DNA of 64,000 nt from an uncultured Candidatus Saccharibacteria bacterium (GCA_964633435.1 CAZWHA010000003.1:18819-82818), one strand, 5' to 3'. Numbered from the stretch's first letter, positions 27,963-36,679 are shown. Translations and numbers: made by a program. Notes: a model not told the origin generated them from the letters alone.

Positions 27963-28706
27963 ATGGAACGAATCTGGATGAATGAACTGTCGCGTCACAA
28001 GGGATTAACGGTCGAGGATATCGAGCGTTCGTCCCAGTACGCCAGAGACCTGACAGCAGGATTAGAAAAGATCAAAACCTATCCCCAGGGTGTCACAATA
28101 TTTGGCTCGGCGCGATTACCCGAAGCTAATCCATATTATGTCAAAGCCCGCGAACTGGGTCAGAAGCTGGCTCAGGCTGGTCATCCGGTGATTACGGGCG
28201 GTGGTAACGGCATTATGGAGGCGGCTAATCGCGGTGCTTTCGAGGTCGGCGGTCGGTCGATTGGGCTCAATATCCAGCTACCGCGTGAACAAACGCTGAA
28301 CCAGTACACGACGGATCATCTGGAATTTCATTACTTTTTCGCCCGCAAAGTCATGCTGGCAGCATCCAGCAAAGTGTATGTTTATTTCCCGGGCGGCTTT
28401 GGCACGATCGATGAATTCAGCGAAATTCTAACACTGATCCAGACAAGGAAGGTCGAACAGGTGCCGATTTTTCTATTTGGCAAGGAATTCTGGGAACCGC
28501 TCGACGCGTTCTTTTACTGGAAAATGGAGAAAGAAGCCGGGACTATCAGTCCGGATGATCGTAGGCTCTACACGATCACTGATGATATCGAGGCGATTGT
28601 GACGACGGCGAACGAGGTGGCAACGCGCCAGCCGAGCGAGTTGATCGCCGAGGTTCTGAGCGCCGACGCTATCGATCCCGCGAATAACAGTTCGGTGGCT
28701 AGCTAG
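27963..28706 (+). CDS. LOG family (TIGR00730) nucleotide phosphoribohydrolase
   Basis: GGGNGIMEAANRGA and PGGFGTIDEFSEIL signatures. Confidence 0.85.
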   Translation: MERIWMNELSRHKGLTVEDIERSSQYARDLTAGLEKIKTYPQGVTIFGSARLPEANPYYVKARELGQKLAQAGHPVITGGGNGIMEAANRGAFEVGGRSIGLNIQLPREQTLNQYTTDHLEFHYFFARKVMLAASSKVYVYFPGGFGTIDEFSEILTLIQTRKVEQVPIFLFGKEFWEPLDAFFYWKMEKEAGTISPDDRRLYTITDDIEAIVTTANEVATRQPSELIAEVLSADAIDPANNSSVAS

Positions 28707-28715
28707 GTTTGACCT

Positions 28716-29801
28716 ATGATAAGTGACCTAGAGAACAGGCTACAGGCGATTGCAGCGCAGGTAAAAACGGCTGCGGATCAGCTGAACGTGGCCGCTAAAT
28801 CAGATGAGATTACTGAGCTAGAATTGGCTCTGGCCGAGCCGGAAGCTTGGCATAATCCCGAACAGGCACAGTTGAAGGCTAAAAAACTAGCCGATTTGAA
28901 AAACCAAGTCGATCCTTGGCAGGTTCTGGCGACTCAGGCGCAGGACTTTATTGAGCTGCTAGCGTTAGCCGACGACGAGATGCTCGGCGAATTGACTAGT
29001 CAGGTCGAGGCGCTCGAAGCTCATTTAACTGATTTGCAGGAACAACTATTATTTAACGGTGAATATGATACCGGCGACGCGATTCTGCGTCTCAGTGCGG
29101 GGGCGGGCGGCGATGATGCTCAGGACTTTACCGCTATGCTCGAACGCATGTATCTGCGCTGGGCCGAAAAAAATGAATATAAAACGACTATAGTCGAGCG
29201 ATCAGCTGGGGAAGTTGCTGGCGTGAAAACAGTCGTGATAGAAGTGAGCGGCTCGTTTGCCTATGGCAAGCTGCGGAGTGAAAATGGCGTGCATCGCTTG
29301 GTACGGCTGAGTCCCTTTAATGCCGAATCACGCGAAACATCGTTCGCTCTCGTCGAGGTCTTGCCAAAAATCGACGCGCCAGATGTGGTTAAGATCGACG
29401 ACAAAGATTTGAAAATTGACGTTTACCGGGCCGGTGGCCACGGTGGTCAGAGTGTTAATACCACTGATTCGGCGGTGCGTGTTACTCATCTACCGACTGG
29501 GATTGTCGTAGCAATTCAGAACGAGCGTTCACAGCTGCAGAACAAGGAAAAAGCCATGGAGATTCTGCGCGGCAAGCTAGCGGCGATGCAAATAGAGCAG
29601 CATGTTGAAACACTCGGTGAACTGCGCGCGGGTGAAAGTGCCAGTTGGGGTGCTCAGATCAGAAATTATGTACTCCATCCCTATAAACTGGTCAAAGACA
29701 CCCGCACCAAGTACGAGGAAAAGGATGTCGAGGCGGTTCTGGATGGCCGCATCGACGGCTTTATCAAAGCGTATTTGGAAAGTCTTGCATTATCGAAATA
29801 G
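28716..29801 (+). CDS. prfB: peptide chain release factor 2 (uninterrupted ORF)
   Basis: SPF tripeptide (RLSPFNAESRETSF) and GGQ ([25 protein letters not shown]); 361 aa in one frame. Confidence 0.95.
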   Translation: MISDLENRLQAIAAQVKTAADQLNVAAKSDEITELELALAEPEAWHNPEQAQLKAKKLADLKNQVDPWQVLATQAQDFIELLALADDEMLGELTSQVEALEAHLTDLQEQLLFNGEYDTGDAILRLSAGAGGDDAQDFTAMLERMYLRWAEKNEYKTTIVERSAGEVAGVKTVVIEVSGSFAYGKLRSENGVHRLVRLSPFNAESRETSFALVEVLPKIDAPDVVKIDDKDLKIDVYRAGGHGGQSVNTTDSAVRVTHLPTGIVVAIQNERSQLQNKEKAMEILRGKLAAMQIEQHVETLGELRAGESASWGAQIRNYVLHPYKLVKDTRTKYEEKDVEAVLDGRIDGFIKAYLESLALSK

Positions 29802-29872
29802 ACGCGTTATAATCATAAGCATAGCCAGTAAAAACAAACAGGCTAAAACAGGAACAAACAGGAGACAAAATA

Positions 29873-31144
29873 ATGTCAAATCAAGATTTTTTAAGTGGTG
29901 CAGCGCGCCATGATCGACCGATTCGAGTCGAACCACGTGATAGGGTAATTGTTCCAGAGCGTCATACACAAAATATCCGCTCAGTTTTTGGTTCGGCCGC
30001 AATACCTGTTCAGCCTGCCGAGCCAGCTCACCACCAGCCAGAGTCTCAGCCTGTTGTTGTTGCGCCGACAGCTCCTACGCCTATTGTCAAGCCGTCTGTC
30101 GATAACACTACTACGGCCGAGCAGTCATTCCAGCAATTGTCAGCCCAGGTGACGAAATCGACACCACATCACGCTCATCCAGCCCATAAGCCCAAACCAG
30201 CTCATCGACCACTAAAGAAAGCTGTCGCTGCTAAACCGACTGCTACCCGTTCAGTAAAAACAGCCCATCCAACCAAACATCATCAAACGAAATCTCACCA
30301 GGGTAGTTTAACTCGGAAAGTCCTCGCTTCGGCGGCAGAAACCATGCCGACCACTGCCGAATCTGGCGGCGCTACAGCATTGATTGATAGTAGTGGTGCA
30401 GGTGCGTTGACCGGTGAGTCAGCTGGTCAAACTTGGTTGCGCCACTTGGACACCAAGGTAACGTTTCAGGTTAAAATCGACCATCGCAAACTTGGCCGAT
30501 TCCTGAAATATCTAATCATTACGTCATTGCTGGCAGTTAGCGGCTATTTGGCGTGGGATACCTGGTTCACGAATAAACCGATCAGCTATATCTTTTCTCA
30601 GGCAGCGAGTGCGGTGTCAATTGATGACACTAATCCATTTGGCGTTGACCCGACAACGGTCAGTAACCAGGCGTGGGCGGCACATACTGCACCGGCCGAT
30701 CAGCCACGCTACTTGTATTTACCGTCACTGAACGTTCAATCGCGAGTCGATAGTGTCGGTATTAACAGCAACGGCAATATTGATTCACCCAAAAATGCCA
30801 ACGACACTGCTTGGTATGATGGCAGTGCGAAACCGGGGCAGGAGGGCCAGGTCTTTATCAATGGCCATAAATCGTATTCTTCGTCCTATGGCGCTGCTTT
30901 TGACAAGCTAGATCAGTTAAAGGCTGGTGACCAAATCGTGATCGAAAATGGTAATGGCGATAAATTTACCTACCAGGTCGTAAATAGTCAGACGCTCGCG
31001 ACCGACAAAGTCGACATGAGCCAGGCGCTCAATGTACCGGATGACGCCAAACAAGGCCTGACGCTCATGACCTATACTGGTAAATATAATTATCAGCATC
31101 AAAACACTGATCAACGCGTGGTGGTGTATGCTGTACGGAAATAG
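29873..31144 (+). CDS. sortase-domain protein (class E/F-like) with Tyr in place of the catalytic Cys; His/Pro-rich N-terminal region and a TM anchor
   Basis: LYLPSLNVQSRV...AWYDGSAKPGQEGQVFINGHKS...GDQIVIE...LTLMTYTG...QRVVVYA matches the sortase layout (His and Arg are kept, while TLxTC reads TLMTY). Confidence 0.7.
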   Translation: MSNQDFLSGAARHDRPIRVEPRDRVIVPERHTQNIRSVFGSAAIPVQPAEPAHHQPESQPVVVAPTAPTPIVKPSVDNTTTAEQSFQQLSAQVTKSTPHHAHPAHKPKPAHRPLKKAVAAKPTATRSVKTAHPTKHHQTKSHQGSLTRKVLASAAETMPTTAESGGATALIDSSGAGALTGESAGQTWLRHLDTKVTFQVKIDHRKLGRFLKYLIITSLLAVSGYLAWDTWFTNKPISYIFSQAASAVSIDDTNPFGVDPTTVSNQAWAAHTAPADQPRYLYLPSLNVQSRVDSVGINSNGNIDSPKNANDTAWYDGSAKPGQEGQVFINGHKSYSSSYGAAFDKLDQLKAGDQIVIENGNGDKFTYQVVNSQTLATDKVDMSQALNVPDDAKQGLTLMTYTGKYNYQHQNTDQRVVVYAVRK

Positions 31145-31184
31145 CCTTTAGGCGATGTAAATAGGTTATGGTATAATAGAGCAG

Positions 31185-31868
31185 ATGATCTTACTGGATA
31201 GAGTAACCAAAACCTATCATCGTGGCATTCGACCGGCACTCGACAAGGTGTCGCTCCACGTGGCGCCACGAGAATTTGCGATTATTGTCGGGGCTTCGGG
31301 CGCTGGCAAGTCGACGCTACTAAAACTATTAACCCGTGAGGAAAAGCCGGACTCGGGAAAAATTGTCGTTGGTGGTATTGATTATGACACCCTGGATGAT
31401 CGTGATGTACCATTATTGCGTCGTCGCATTGGCGTGGTGTTCCAGGATTTCAAGCTATTACCAAACCGCACGGTTTTTGAAAATGTGGCGCTAAGCCTGG
31501 AAATTTCCGGTCATACGAATAACGAAATCAAAACTAATGTACCCAAGATTCTCGAGCTGGTTGGCCTGTATGGCAAGCAAAAGAACTTTCCGCGCGAACT
31601 ATCCGGTGGCGAGCGTCAACGCGTAGCTATTGCCAGAGCCATGGTGCGCCAGCCCAAGATTTTGATCGCCGACGAACCCACTGGTAACCTGGATCCCAAA
31701 AACAGTTGGGAAATTGTCCGGCTGCTTGCGAAAATTAATAAATTTGGTACCACAGTCGTCCTGATTACCCATAGTACCGAAATTGTGAATCGGCTGAACA
31801 CCAGGGTTATTACCCTTGATGACGGCAAAGTCGCGAGTGACGTGGCACACGGAGGCTACCGCCAATGA
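31185..31868 (+). CDS. ftsE: cell division ABC ATPase FtsE
   Basis: Walker A GASGAGKST, signature LSGGERQRVAIARA, Walker B ILIADEPTGNLD. Confidence 0.9.
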   Translation: MILLDRVTKTYHRGIRPALDKVSLHVAPREFAIIVGASGAGKSTLLKLLTREEKPDSGKIVVGGIDYDTLDDRDVPLLRRRIGVVFQDFKLLPNRTVFENVALSLEISGHTNNEIKTNVPKILELVGLYGKQKNFPRELSGGERQRVAIARAMVRQPKILIADEPTGNLDPKNSWEIVRLLAKINKFGTTVVLITHSTEIVNRLNTRVITLDDGKVASDVAHGGYRQ

Positions 31869-32890
31869 TAGAGCCAAAAATGACCAAAAAATCGACAACC
31901 GATAGCACGAAAAGCTCGGCATCCAAAACACGTCGCTTGCAGTCAAAGCGCCAGCGCCGTTTATTAACGAATTCGCGTATTTTCCGCTACGGCGTACGGA
32001 ACTTTACCCGTAATTCGTGGCTGACAGTAGCGGCAACGGCGGTGATGTCGATCACGCTACTCATCATGTTTTCCACTATTGTGGTTAGCCAGATGCTCAG
32101 TAGCACCGTGGTGAGTTTACGCGAAAAAATTGATATTTCGATTTACCTCGATCCGAGCATTAGTGACGACACACTGCGCAACCTAAAGGGCAAGATGCAG
32201 CTAGTCGACAATGTTCGTAGCGTCGCCGTTAGTAACAGTAAGCAGCAATATCAAGACTACGTGACACAGTATCCGGATAAACTGGAAACACTGGTGACAT
32301 TGACAGAGCAGGGTATTGATCCCTCGACTAAATTTCCGGCGGTCATGAATGTCAAGGTCAACGATCTCAGTAATTTGACCCCGATCAAGCAAGTCGTGGG
32401 GGATGATCCGCAGTTTAAACAATGGCTATATGCCAATCGGGCACCGTCCTATGCTGGCGAGCAACAGAACACGATTAACCGGATCGCCAGTTGGGCTTCA
32501 TTCGCCAAGCGTATCGGTTTGATTCTCGGTTCGGTGTTCCTGATAATATCGGTACTGGTGATCTTTAACACGATCAGAATGGCAATTTTCAGCCGTCGCG
32601 ACGAAATTAGTATGATGCGTTCGGTTGGTGCTGATCGACACTTTGTTCGCGGGCCGTTTCTGATCGAAGCTGAACTGTACGGTGCTCTGGCGGCGGTGGT
32701 GGCGACCGCACTTGGTTACTTCTTGTTCATCTGGATAACGCCCGGCCTAGAAGCCTATGGTATTGCCACTACCGAAGTCCGGGACATCTTGTCGAACTGG
32801 ATGGCACTGATATTTGTCGCTGTCCTGGCCGTTGGTATCTTGATCGGCTACGTCTCGGCCCGTCTAGCAGTTCGTCGCTATCTAAAATAA
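31865..32890 (+). CDS. ftsX: cell division permease-like protein FtsX
   Basis: Overlaps the ftsE stop (ATGA). TM1, a large extracytoplasmic loop, then three C-terminal TMs. Confidence 0.85.
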   Translation: MIEPKMTKKSTTDSTKSSASKTRRLQSKRQRRLLTNSRIFRYGVRNFTRNSWLTVAATAVMSITLLIMFSTIVVSQMLSSTVVSLREKIDISIYLDPSISDDTLRNLKGKMQLVDNVRSVAVSNSKQQYQDYVTQYPDKLETLVTLTEQGIDPSTKFPAVMNVKVNDLSNLTPIKQVVGDDPQFKQWLYANRAPSYAGEQQNTINRIASWASFAKRIGLILGSVFLIISVLVIFNTIRMAIFSRRDEISMMRSVGADRHFVRGPFLIEAELYGALAAVVATALGYFLFIWITPGLEAYGIATTEVRDILSNWMALIFVAVLAVGILIGYVSARLAVRRYLK

Positions 32891-32985
32891 AAGTTTTCCA
32901 CAACGCTCGAGTTGACAAGCATGAGCACTTTCGGCTATAATTATTAACAAGGCTCCTCGCCACCACTGAAACAAGGAGGGTATAA

Positions 32986-34158
32986 GTGAAACACAGACAA
33001 CTCATCGTGCGCAGTCGCCGTCAATCTCGGCGATTTAAGATAGGCACTAAACGCTCAGCCATTATTTTTATTGCGGTATTAATGGTCGTTGGTGTCATGG
33101 CGCCGATGTTTTCGAGTGCGCCAGTCGAAGCGATCGATAACAGTGCTAAAATCAGAGCGCTCGAGGCTCAAATCGGTACCTACAATGATCGAGCCAGGGA
33201 GCTGGCGGCTCAGTCGGACTCGCTATCCAAGGCCATTGACGTGTTAAAGAACGAACAGTCGCAGTTGCAGGCCGAGATCGACTTGAATAACGCCAAGGCT
33301 GCTGATTTAAAGGTGAAAATTGCGGCCAATGAAGCTAAAATGAAAACCAGGGGCAATGATCTCAGCGAGATCATGGCAGAAATGTATCTTGACAACAAAA
33401 TTACGCCGTTGGAAATGCTGGCCAGCAGCAGCAACCTCAGCGATTATGTCGATAGACAGTCGCAGCAGGCTACCGTTCAGGATCAGCTAAAGGCTGCAAT
33501 TCAGGAAATAAAAGAACTTAAAGCCCAGCTCGAACAGCAGAAAAAAGATGTCGAAGCCATTTTGGCTGACCAACAGACTCGCCGCAGTCAGCTCGCTAGC
33601 AAACAGAGTGAACAGCAGTCATTGCTCGACAAAACCCAAGGTCAAGAGGCGGCCTACGCTAAAATGACAGCAGAAAACCGCGATAAAATTCGTCAGTTGC
33701 AAGCCGAACAGGCTCGCGCCAACCAAACCAGCACTGGTGGTGGTCGAGTAGTTGCCGGTGATCCTAATCATGGCGGCTACCCAGCTTATCTGAATAATGC
33801 TGCCAAGGACGCTTTGGTCGATCCATGGGGTATGTATAACCGTGAATGTGTTAGCTATGCCGCCTGGAAAGTCTACCAAGCCTACGGCAATATGCCGTAC
33901 TGGGGTGGCCGTGGTAATGCGAATCAGTGGGACGATAATGCTCGGGCGGCTGGTATTCCCACCGGCTCAACTCCGAAAGTCAAAGCTGTTGCTGTCTGGC
34001 ATATCGGCTACTATGGTCACGTTGCCTGGGTAGAAAAAGTTAATGGTGACGGTACCTTTGATGTTTCCGAATACAACCGCGGTGGCGATGGTCTATACCA
34101 TGAACGTACCGGTGTCAGTACCAGCGGCGTTGTCTTTATCTACTTTGGCGAACGATAA
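32986..34158 (+). CDS. PcsB-like peptidoglycan hydrolase (N-terminal coiled coil + C-terminal CHAP domain)
   Basis: Signal/TM, long coiled coil, then CHAP signature (NRECVSYAAWKV...GHVAWVEKV). GTG start behind SD caaggaggg and a TTGACA-18-TATAAT promoter (32911..32940). Confidence 0.8.
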   Translation: MKHRQLIVRSRRQSRRFKIGTKRSAIIFIAVLMVVGVMAPMFSSAPVEAIDNSAKIRALEAQIGTYNDRARELAAQSDSLSKAIDVLKNEQSQLQAEIDLNNAKAADLKVKIAANEAKMKTRGNDLSEIMAEMYLDNKITPLEMLASSSNLSDYVDRQSQQATVQDQLKAAIQEIKELKAQLEQQKKDVEAILADQQTRRSQLASKQSEQQSLLDKTQGQEAAYAKMTAENRDKIRQLQAEQARANQTSTGGGRVVAGDPNHGGYPAYLNNAAKDALVDPWGMYNRECVSYAAWKVYQAYGNMPYWGGRGNANQWDDNARAAGIPTGSTPKVKAVAVWHIGYYGHVAWVEKVNGDGTFDVSEYNRGGDGLYHERTGVSTSGVVFIYFGER

Positions 34159-34205
34159 ACAAACGTCAGTAGAGTTACCATCCGGCTTGTGCTAAAATAG
34201 ATTAA

Positions 34206-35441
34206 ATGAAGCTAAATTTGAATCCCATGCAGCCGAACATGTCAAATCTGCCGGCTGAACCGAATCTATCTGCCAAAAACCCTCGTAAAACCATTACCAT
34301 CAGCCTGATTTCGATCATTGTCACGGGGCTGATTGTTGGTACTATCGGGTTTGCGATTGGTACACGGTATCAGGCGATGCTGGCTCGGGCGAGCGGTAAT
34401 CTGGATTACAGCAAGCTAAACGAAGTCTATGGTGCGCTGAAACAGCGCTTTGACGGTACGCTGGACAATGACAAGCTGATCCAGGGCGCGGCTGCTGGCA
34501 TGGCGAATGCCGCGGGCGATCCGTATACGACGTTCTTTACCGAGGCTGAGGCGGCCGAGTTCAGCGGTGACCTGTCTGGTACGTTCGAGGGCGTTGGGGT
34601 CGAGTTGGGTCAGAACAACGATAAACAGCTCGAAGTCGTGTCACCGATTGATGGCAGTCCCGCCAAGGCCGCCGGGATCAGGGCTCATGATATCATTGCG
34701 GCGGTCGATGATGTTAGCTCGCTGGGCTGGACACCAGAAAAAGCCGTCACCAAAATCCGCGGCAAGGCCGGTACAGTAGTCAAACTGACCATTATTCGTG
34801 ACGGTGAAACCAAGGAATTCAACCTGACCCGGGCGAAAATCACTATACCGAGCGTGGAAACAGAGATTCAGGATGGCATCGGCTATATGCGCATCTCGCG
34901 CTTTGGTGACGATACAGCTGATTTAGCCAGCAACGCTGCTAACGAGTTCAAGTCAGCTGGCGTGAAAGGGGTTATCCTAGATCTCAGAGGCAACGGTGGT
35001 GGTTATGTCGATGCTGCCAAAGCCGTCGCTAGCCTCTGGCTGAAAAACGGCCAAACTGTGGTCGAGGAACGACGTGGCAACCAGGTGATCGCTACTGAAA
35101 CCGCCTCTGGTTCAGCAACTTTACAAGGGCTAGAGACGGTTGTCCTGATTGATGGTGGTTCGGCCAGTGCCAGCGAAATTGTCGCCGGAGCGCTACAGGA
35201 TAATGGTATAGCGACGCTCATTGGTACTACGTCATACGGCAAGGGCAGTGTCCAAGAGCTCGTCCCACTGTCGAGCGGTGCTCAGCTAAAGGTAACGATT
35301 GCGCGCTGGTACACGCCAAATGGCCAGAATATCAACGGCAACGGCATTAAACCCAATATTGAGGTCCAGATGTCGACCGATGAATTTAACGCCGGTAACG
35401 ATACTCAACGTGCCAAGGCTATCGAAGTTTTGAACAAATAG
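34206..35441 (+). CDS. ctpA: carboxyl-terminal processing protease (S41)
   Basis: PDZ domain, GVILDLRGNGGG, TSYGKGSVQ (Ser/Lys dyad context). Confidence 0.9.
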   Translation: MKLNLNPMQPNMSNLPAEPNLSAKNPRKTITISLISIIVTGLIVGTIGFAIGTRYQAMLARASGNLDYSKLNEVYGALKQRFDGTLDNDKLIQGAAAGMANAAGDPYTTFFTEAEAAEFSGDLSGTFEGVGVELGQNNDKQLEVVSPIDGSPAKAAGIRAHDIIAAVDDVSSLGWTPEKAVTKIRGKAGTVVKLTIIRDGETKEFNLTRAKITIPSVETEIQDGIGYMRISRFGDDTADLASNAANEFKSAGVKGVILDLRGNGGGYVDAAKAVASLWLKNGQTVVEERRGNQVIATETASGSATLQGLETVVLIDGGSASASEIVAGALQDNGIATLIGTTSYGKGSVQELVPLSSGAQLKVTIARWYTPNGQNINGNGIKPNIEVQMSTDEFNAGNDTQRAKAIEVLNK

Positions 35442-35454
35442 GAACCTAAAACCC

Positions 35455-35484
35455 TTGACTTGGTTTGCTGTCCGGGTATATACT
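35455..35484 (+). promoter_or_regulatory. strong sigma70-like promoter TTGACT-(16-18)-TATATACT with no adjacent start codon
   Basis: TTGACT 35455..35460; TATATA/TATACT at 35477..35484. Nearest plausible start codon is about 190 nt downstream. Confidence 0.6.
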
Positions 35485-35624
35485 ATTGATCGTGAAAGCC
35501 ATGACGAAGGTTGTAATCAACCAAACCACCGCCGGGCACCATAACATGGTGTGCTTGCTCGGTTTGATTGTGTCGCGCCCTTCGGCAGAAGCTTTCTAGT
35601 ACCAATACAATTACAAGCAAAGCA

Positions 35625-35654
35625 GCCGAAGGGAAACCTCCGGCGTTTTTGTTT
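35625..35654 (+). terminator. intrinsic terminator-like hairpin (GAAA tetraloop) plus U-tract inside the leader, 22 nt before a small ORF
   Basis: gccgaagg-gaaa-cctccggc (7 of 8 positions paired) followed by gtttttgtttg. Confidence 0.6.
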
Positions 35655-35675
35655 GTCGACAGAAGGGAAAGAACA

Positions 35676-35909
35676 ATGACCGTTCTCCGCTCCAAAGTGG
35701 AAGCGTTTTTGACGGCCCGTTCGTCGAGGCATTTCGTTTCATGGCCAGTGGCTGCGCAAACGCTGTGTCTCGGGGGGGGGCTAGGCACCAACCGGCAGGT
35801 TGGTCGCGCCATCCGGCGCGGCTACTTGTCAGTCTGGTGCATCGATGGCAGTGAATGTGTGGTCCTGACTGCGGGACCGCGCCTGCTGGCGGCTACATAT
35901 TCCTCATAA
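35676..35909 (+). CDS. small hypothetical protein (77 aa), possibly winged-helix-like; contains a G9 tract
   Basis: ATG preceded by agaagggaaag. MTVLRSKVEAFLTARSS...TNRQVGRAIRRGYLSVWCIDGSECVVLT has a helix-turn-helix plus wing-like pattern. Weak support; the stretch could be non-coding. Confidence 0.35.
   Translation: MTVLRSKVEAFLTARSSRHFVSWPVAAQTLCLGGGLGTNRQVGRAIRRGYLSVWCIDGSECVVLTAGPRLLAATYSS
35772..35780 (+). repeat. poly-G tract, G9, in frame within the putative small ORF (L-G-G-G-L)
   Basis: Counted directly: c35771, g35772-g35780, c35781. Confidence 0.95.
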
Positions 35910-35931
35910 GGGAATCATCGCTGCCAGCAGA

Positions 35932-36123
35932 GGCCATACTGCTCCTCACGAGGGAAACACTATGGCCAGGGCGGCGGTAATTGGCCACAAGCCGAAAACC
36001 CGCCGCCCTGAGGACCCCAGGCTCTACCACCACCACTGCCAGTACCGCATGGTCTGCCACTTCCTTTCTTTGTCACAACCAGTGTCGTCCTCGCAGGCTC
36101 ATTTGTGGCCTCGGACGACACTG
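35932..36123 (+). other. three consecutive strong hairpins in a GC-rich ORF-poor stretch (candidate structured RNA)
   Basis: ggccata 35932..35938 / tatggcc 35961..35967; agggcggcgg 35968..35977 / ccgccgccct 36000..36009; cagtgtcgtcc 36080..36090 / ggacgacactg 36113..36123. All three stems are perfect. Confidence 0.6.
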
Positions 36124-36137
36124 CGCGCCCCATATAC

Positions 36138-36166
36138 TTGCACAAAATTAGCGAAACCTTTATACT
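36138..36166 (+). promoter_or_regulatory. promoter TTGCAC-17-TATACT, 7 nt before ATG 36174 (leaderless-type)
   Basis: TTGCAC 36138..36143 and TATACT 36161..36166. Confidence 0.6.
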
Positions 36167-36173
36167 GATAGCT

Positions 36174-36584
36174 ATGGAACATCTTAGGCACAAGATTTTA
36201 TTGGTCGAAGACGACGAAGTATTGGCCAACGTCTATCGACAGCGGCTAGAGCTAGAAGGTTTCGAAGTCGAGCGCGTCGACAACGGCGAGGACGCATTGC
36301 AGGCGGCGCTCAGATTCAAGCCAGAGCTGATCCTGCTGGATGTCATGATGCCGAAACTGAACGGTTTCGACGTACTGGATATCCTGCGTAACACCTCAGC
36401 AACCCGCAATATTCACATTATTATGCTGACGGCGCTCAGCCAGCCCAAGGATGCTGAACGTGCCAAGGACCTCGGTGCCGATGATTTCCTCGTCAAATCC
36501 CAGGTAGTGATCAGTGACGTTGTTGATCGCATCAAACACCATCTCGGCATGACAGAGCAAAAGTGGACAAATAACTCGAAATAA
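36174..36584 (+). CDS. single-domain response regulator (receiver only)
   Basis: KILLVEDDEV...LILLDVMMPKLNGFDVL...MLTAL...K: the CheY-like acidic pocket, phospho-Asp and conserved T/K positions. Track start 36105 rejected. Confidence 0.85.
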   Translation: MEHLRHKILLVEDDEVLANVYRQRLELEGFEVERVDNGEDALQAALRFKPELILLDVMMPKLNGFDVLDILRNTSATRNIHIIMLTALSQPKDAERAKDLGADDFLVKSQVVISDVVDRIKHHLGMTEQKWTNNSK

Positions 36585-36679
36585 TCTGTCGTTAACATAG
36601 GCGCATTGACTTTTATGACTAATTGTGCTAGTATTGATATTATAACCATATAACATCAACAAAAGGAACCTTTATCATT

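Noticed and set aside
28716-29801. Programmed +1 frameshift in prfB.
   Set aside because: RF2 is encoded as one uninterrupted 361 aa ORF starting 9 nt after the upstream stop. There is no in-frame UGA near codon 25.
35490-36125. Known housekeeping RNAs (tmRNA, RNase P RNA, SRP/4.5S RNA, 6S RNA) as an explanation for the GC-rich structured locus.
   Set aside because: I compared it from memory with the conserved cores: GAGGAAAGUCC / ACAGAACCCGGCUUA for RNase P, GGAAGCAGCC helix 8 for SRP, a tRNA-like end for tmRNA, and 5'/3' end pairing for 6S. I found only short chance resemblances, in the wrong order or spacing.
35483-36229. Track ORFs 35483..35812(-), 35517..35732(-), 35962..36168(+) and 35960..36229(-) as protein genes. 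This includes a Gly-rich 57 aa minus-strand peptide that looked superficially like a RiPP precursor.
   Set aside because: Their composition is implausible (His/Cys/Arg/Pro or Gly runs) and they have no SD or promoter. They overlap perfect hairpins and the response-regulator promoter, and no modifying enzymes are nearby. I treat the region as RNA or structural DNA instead.
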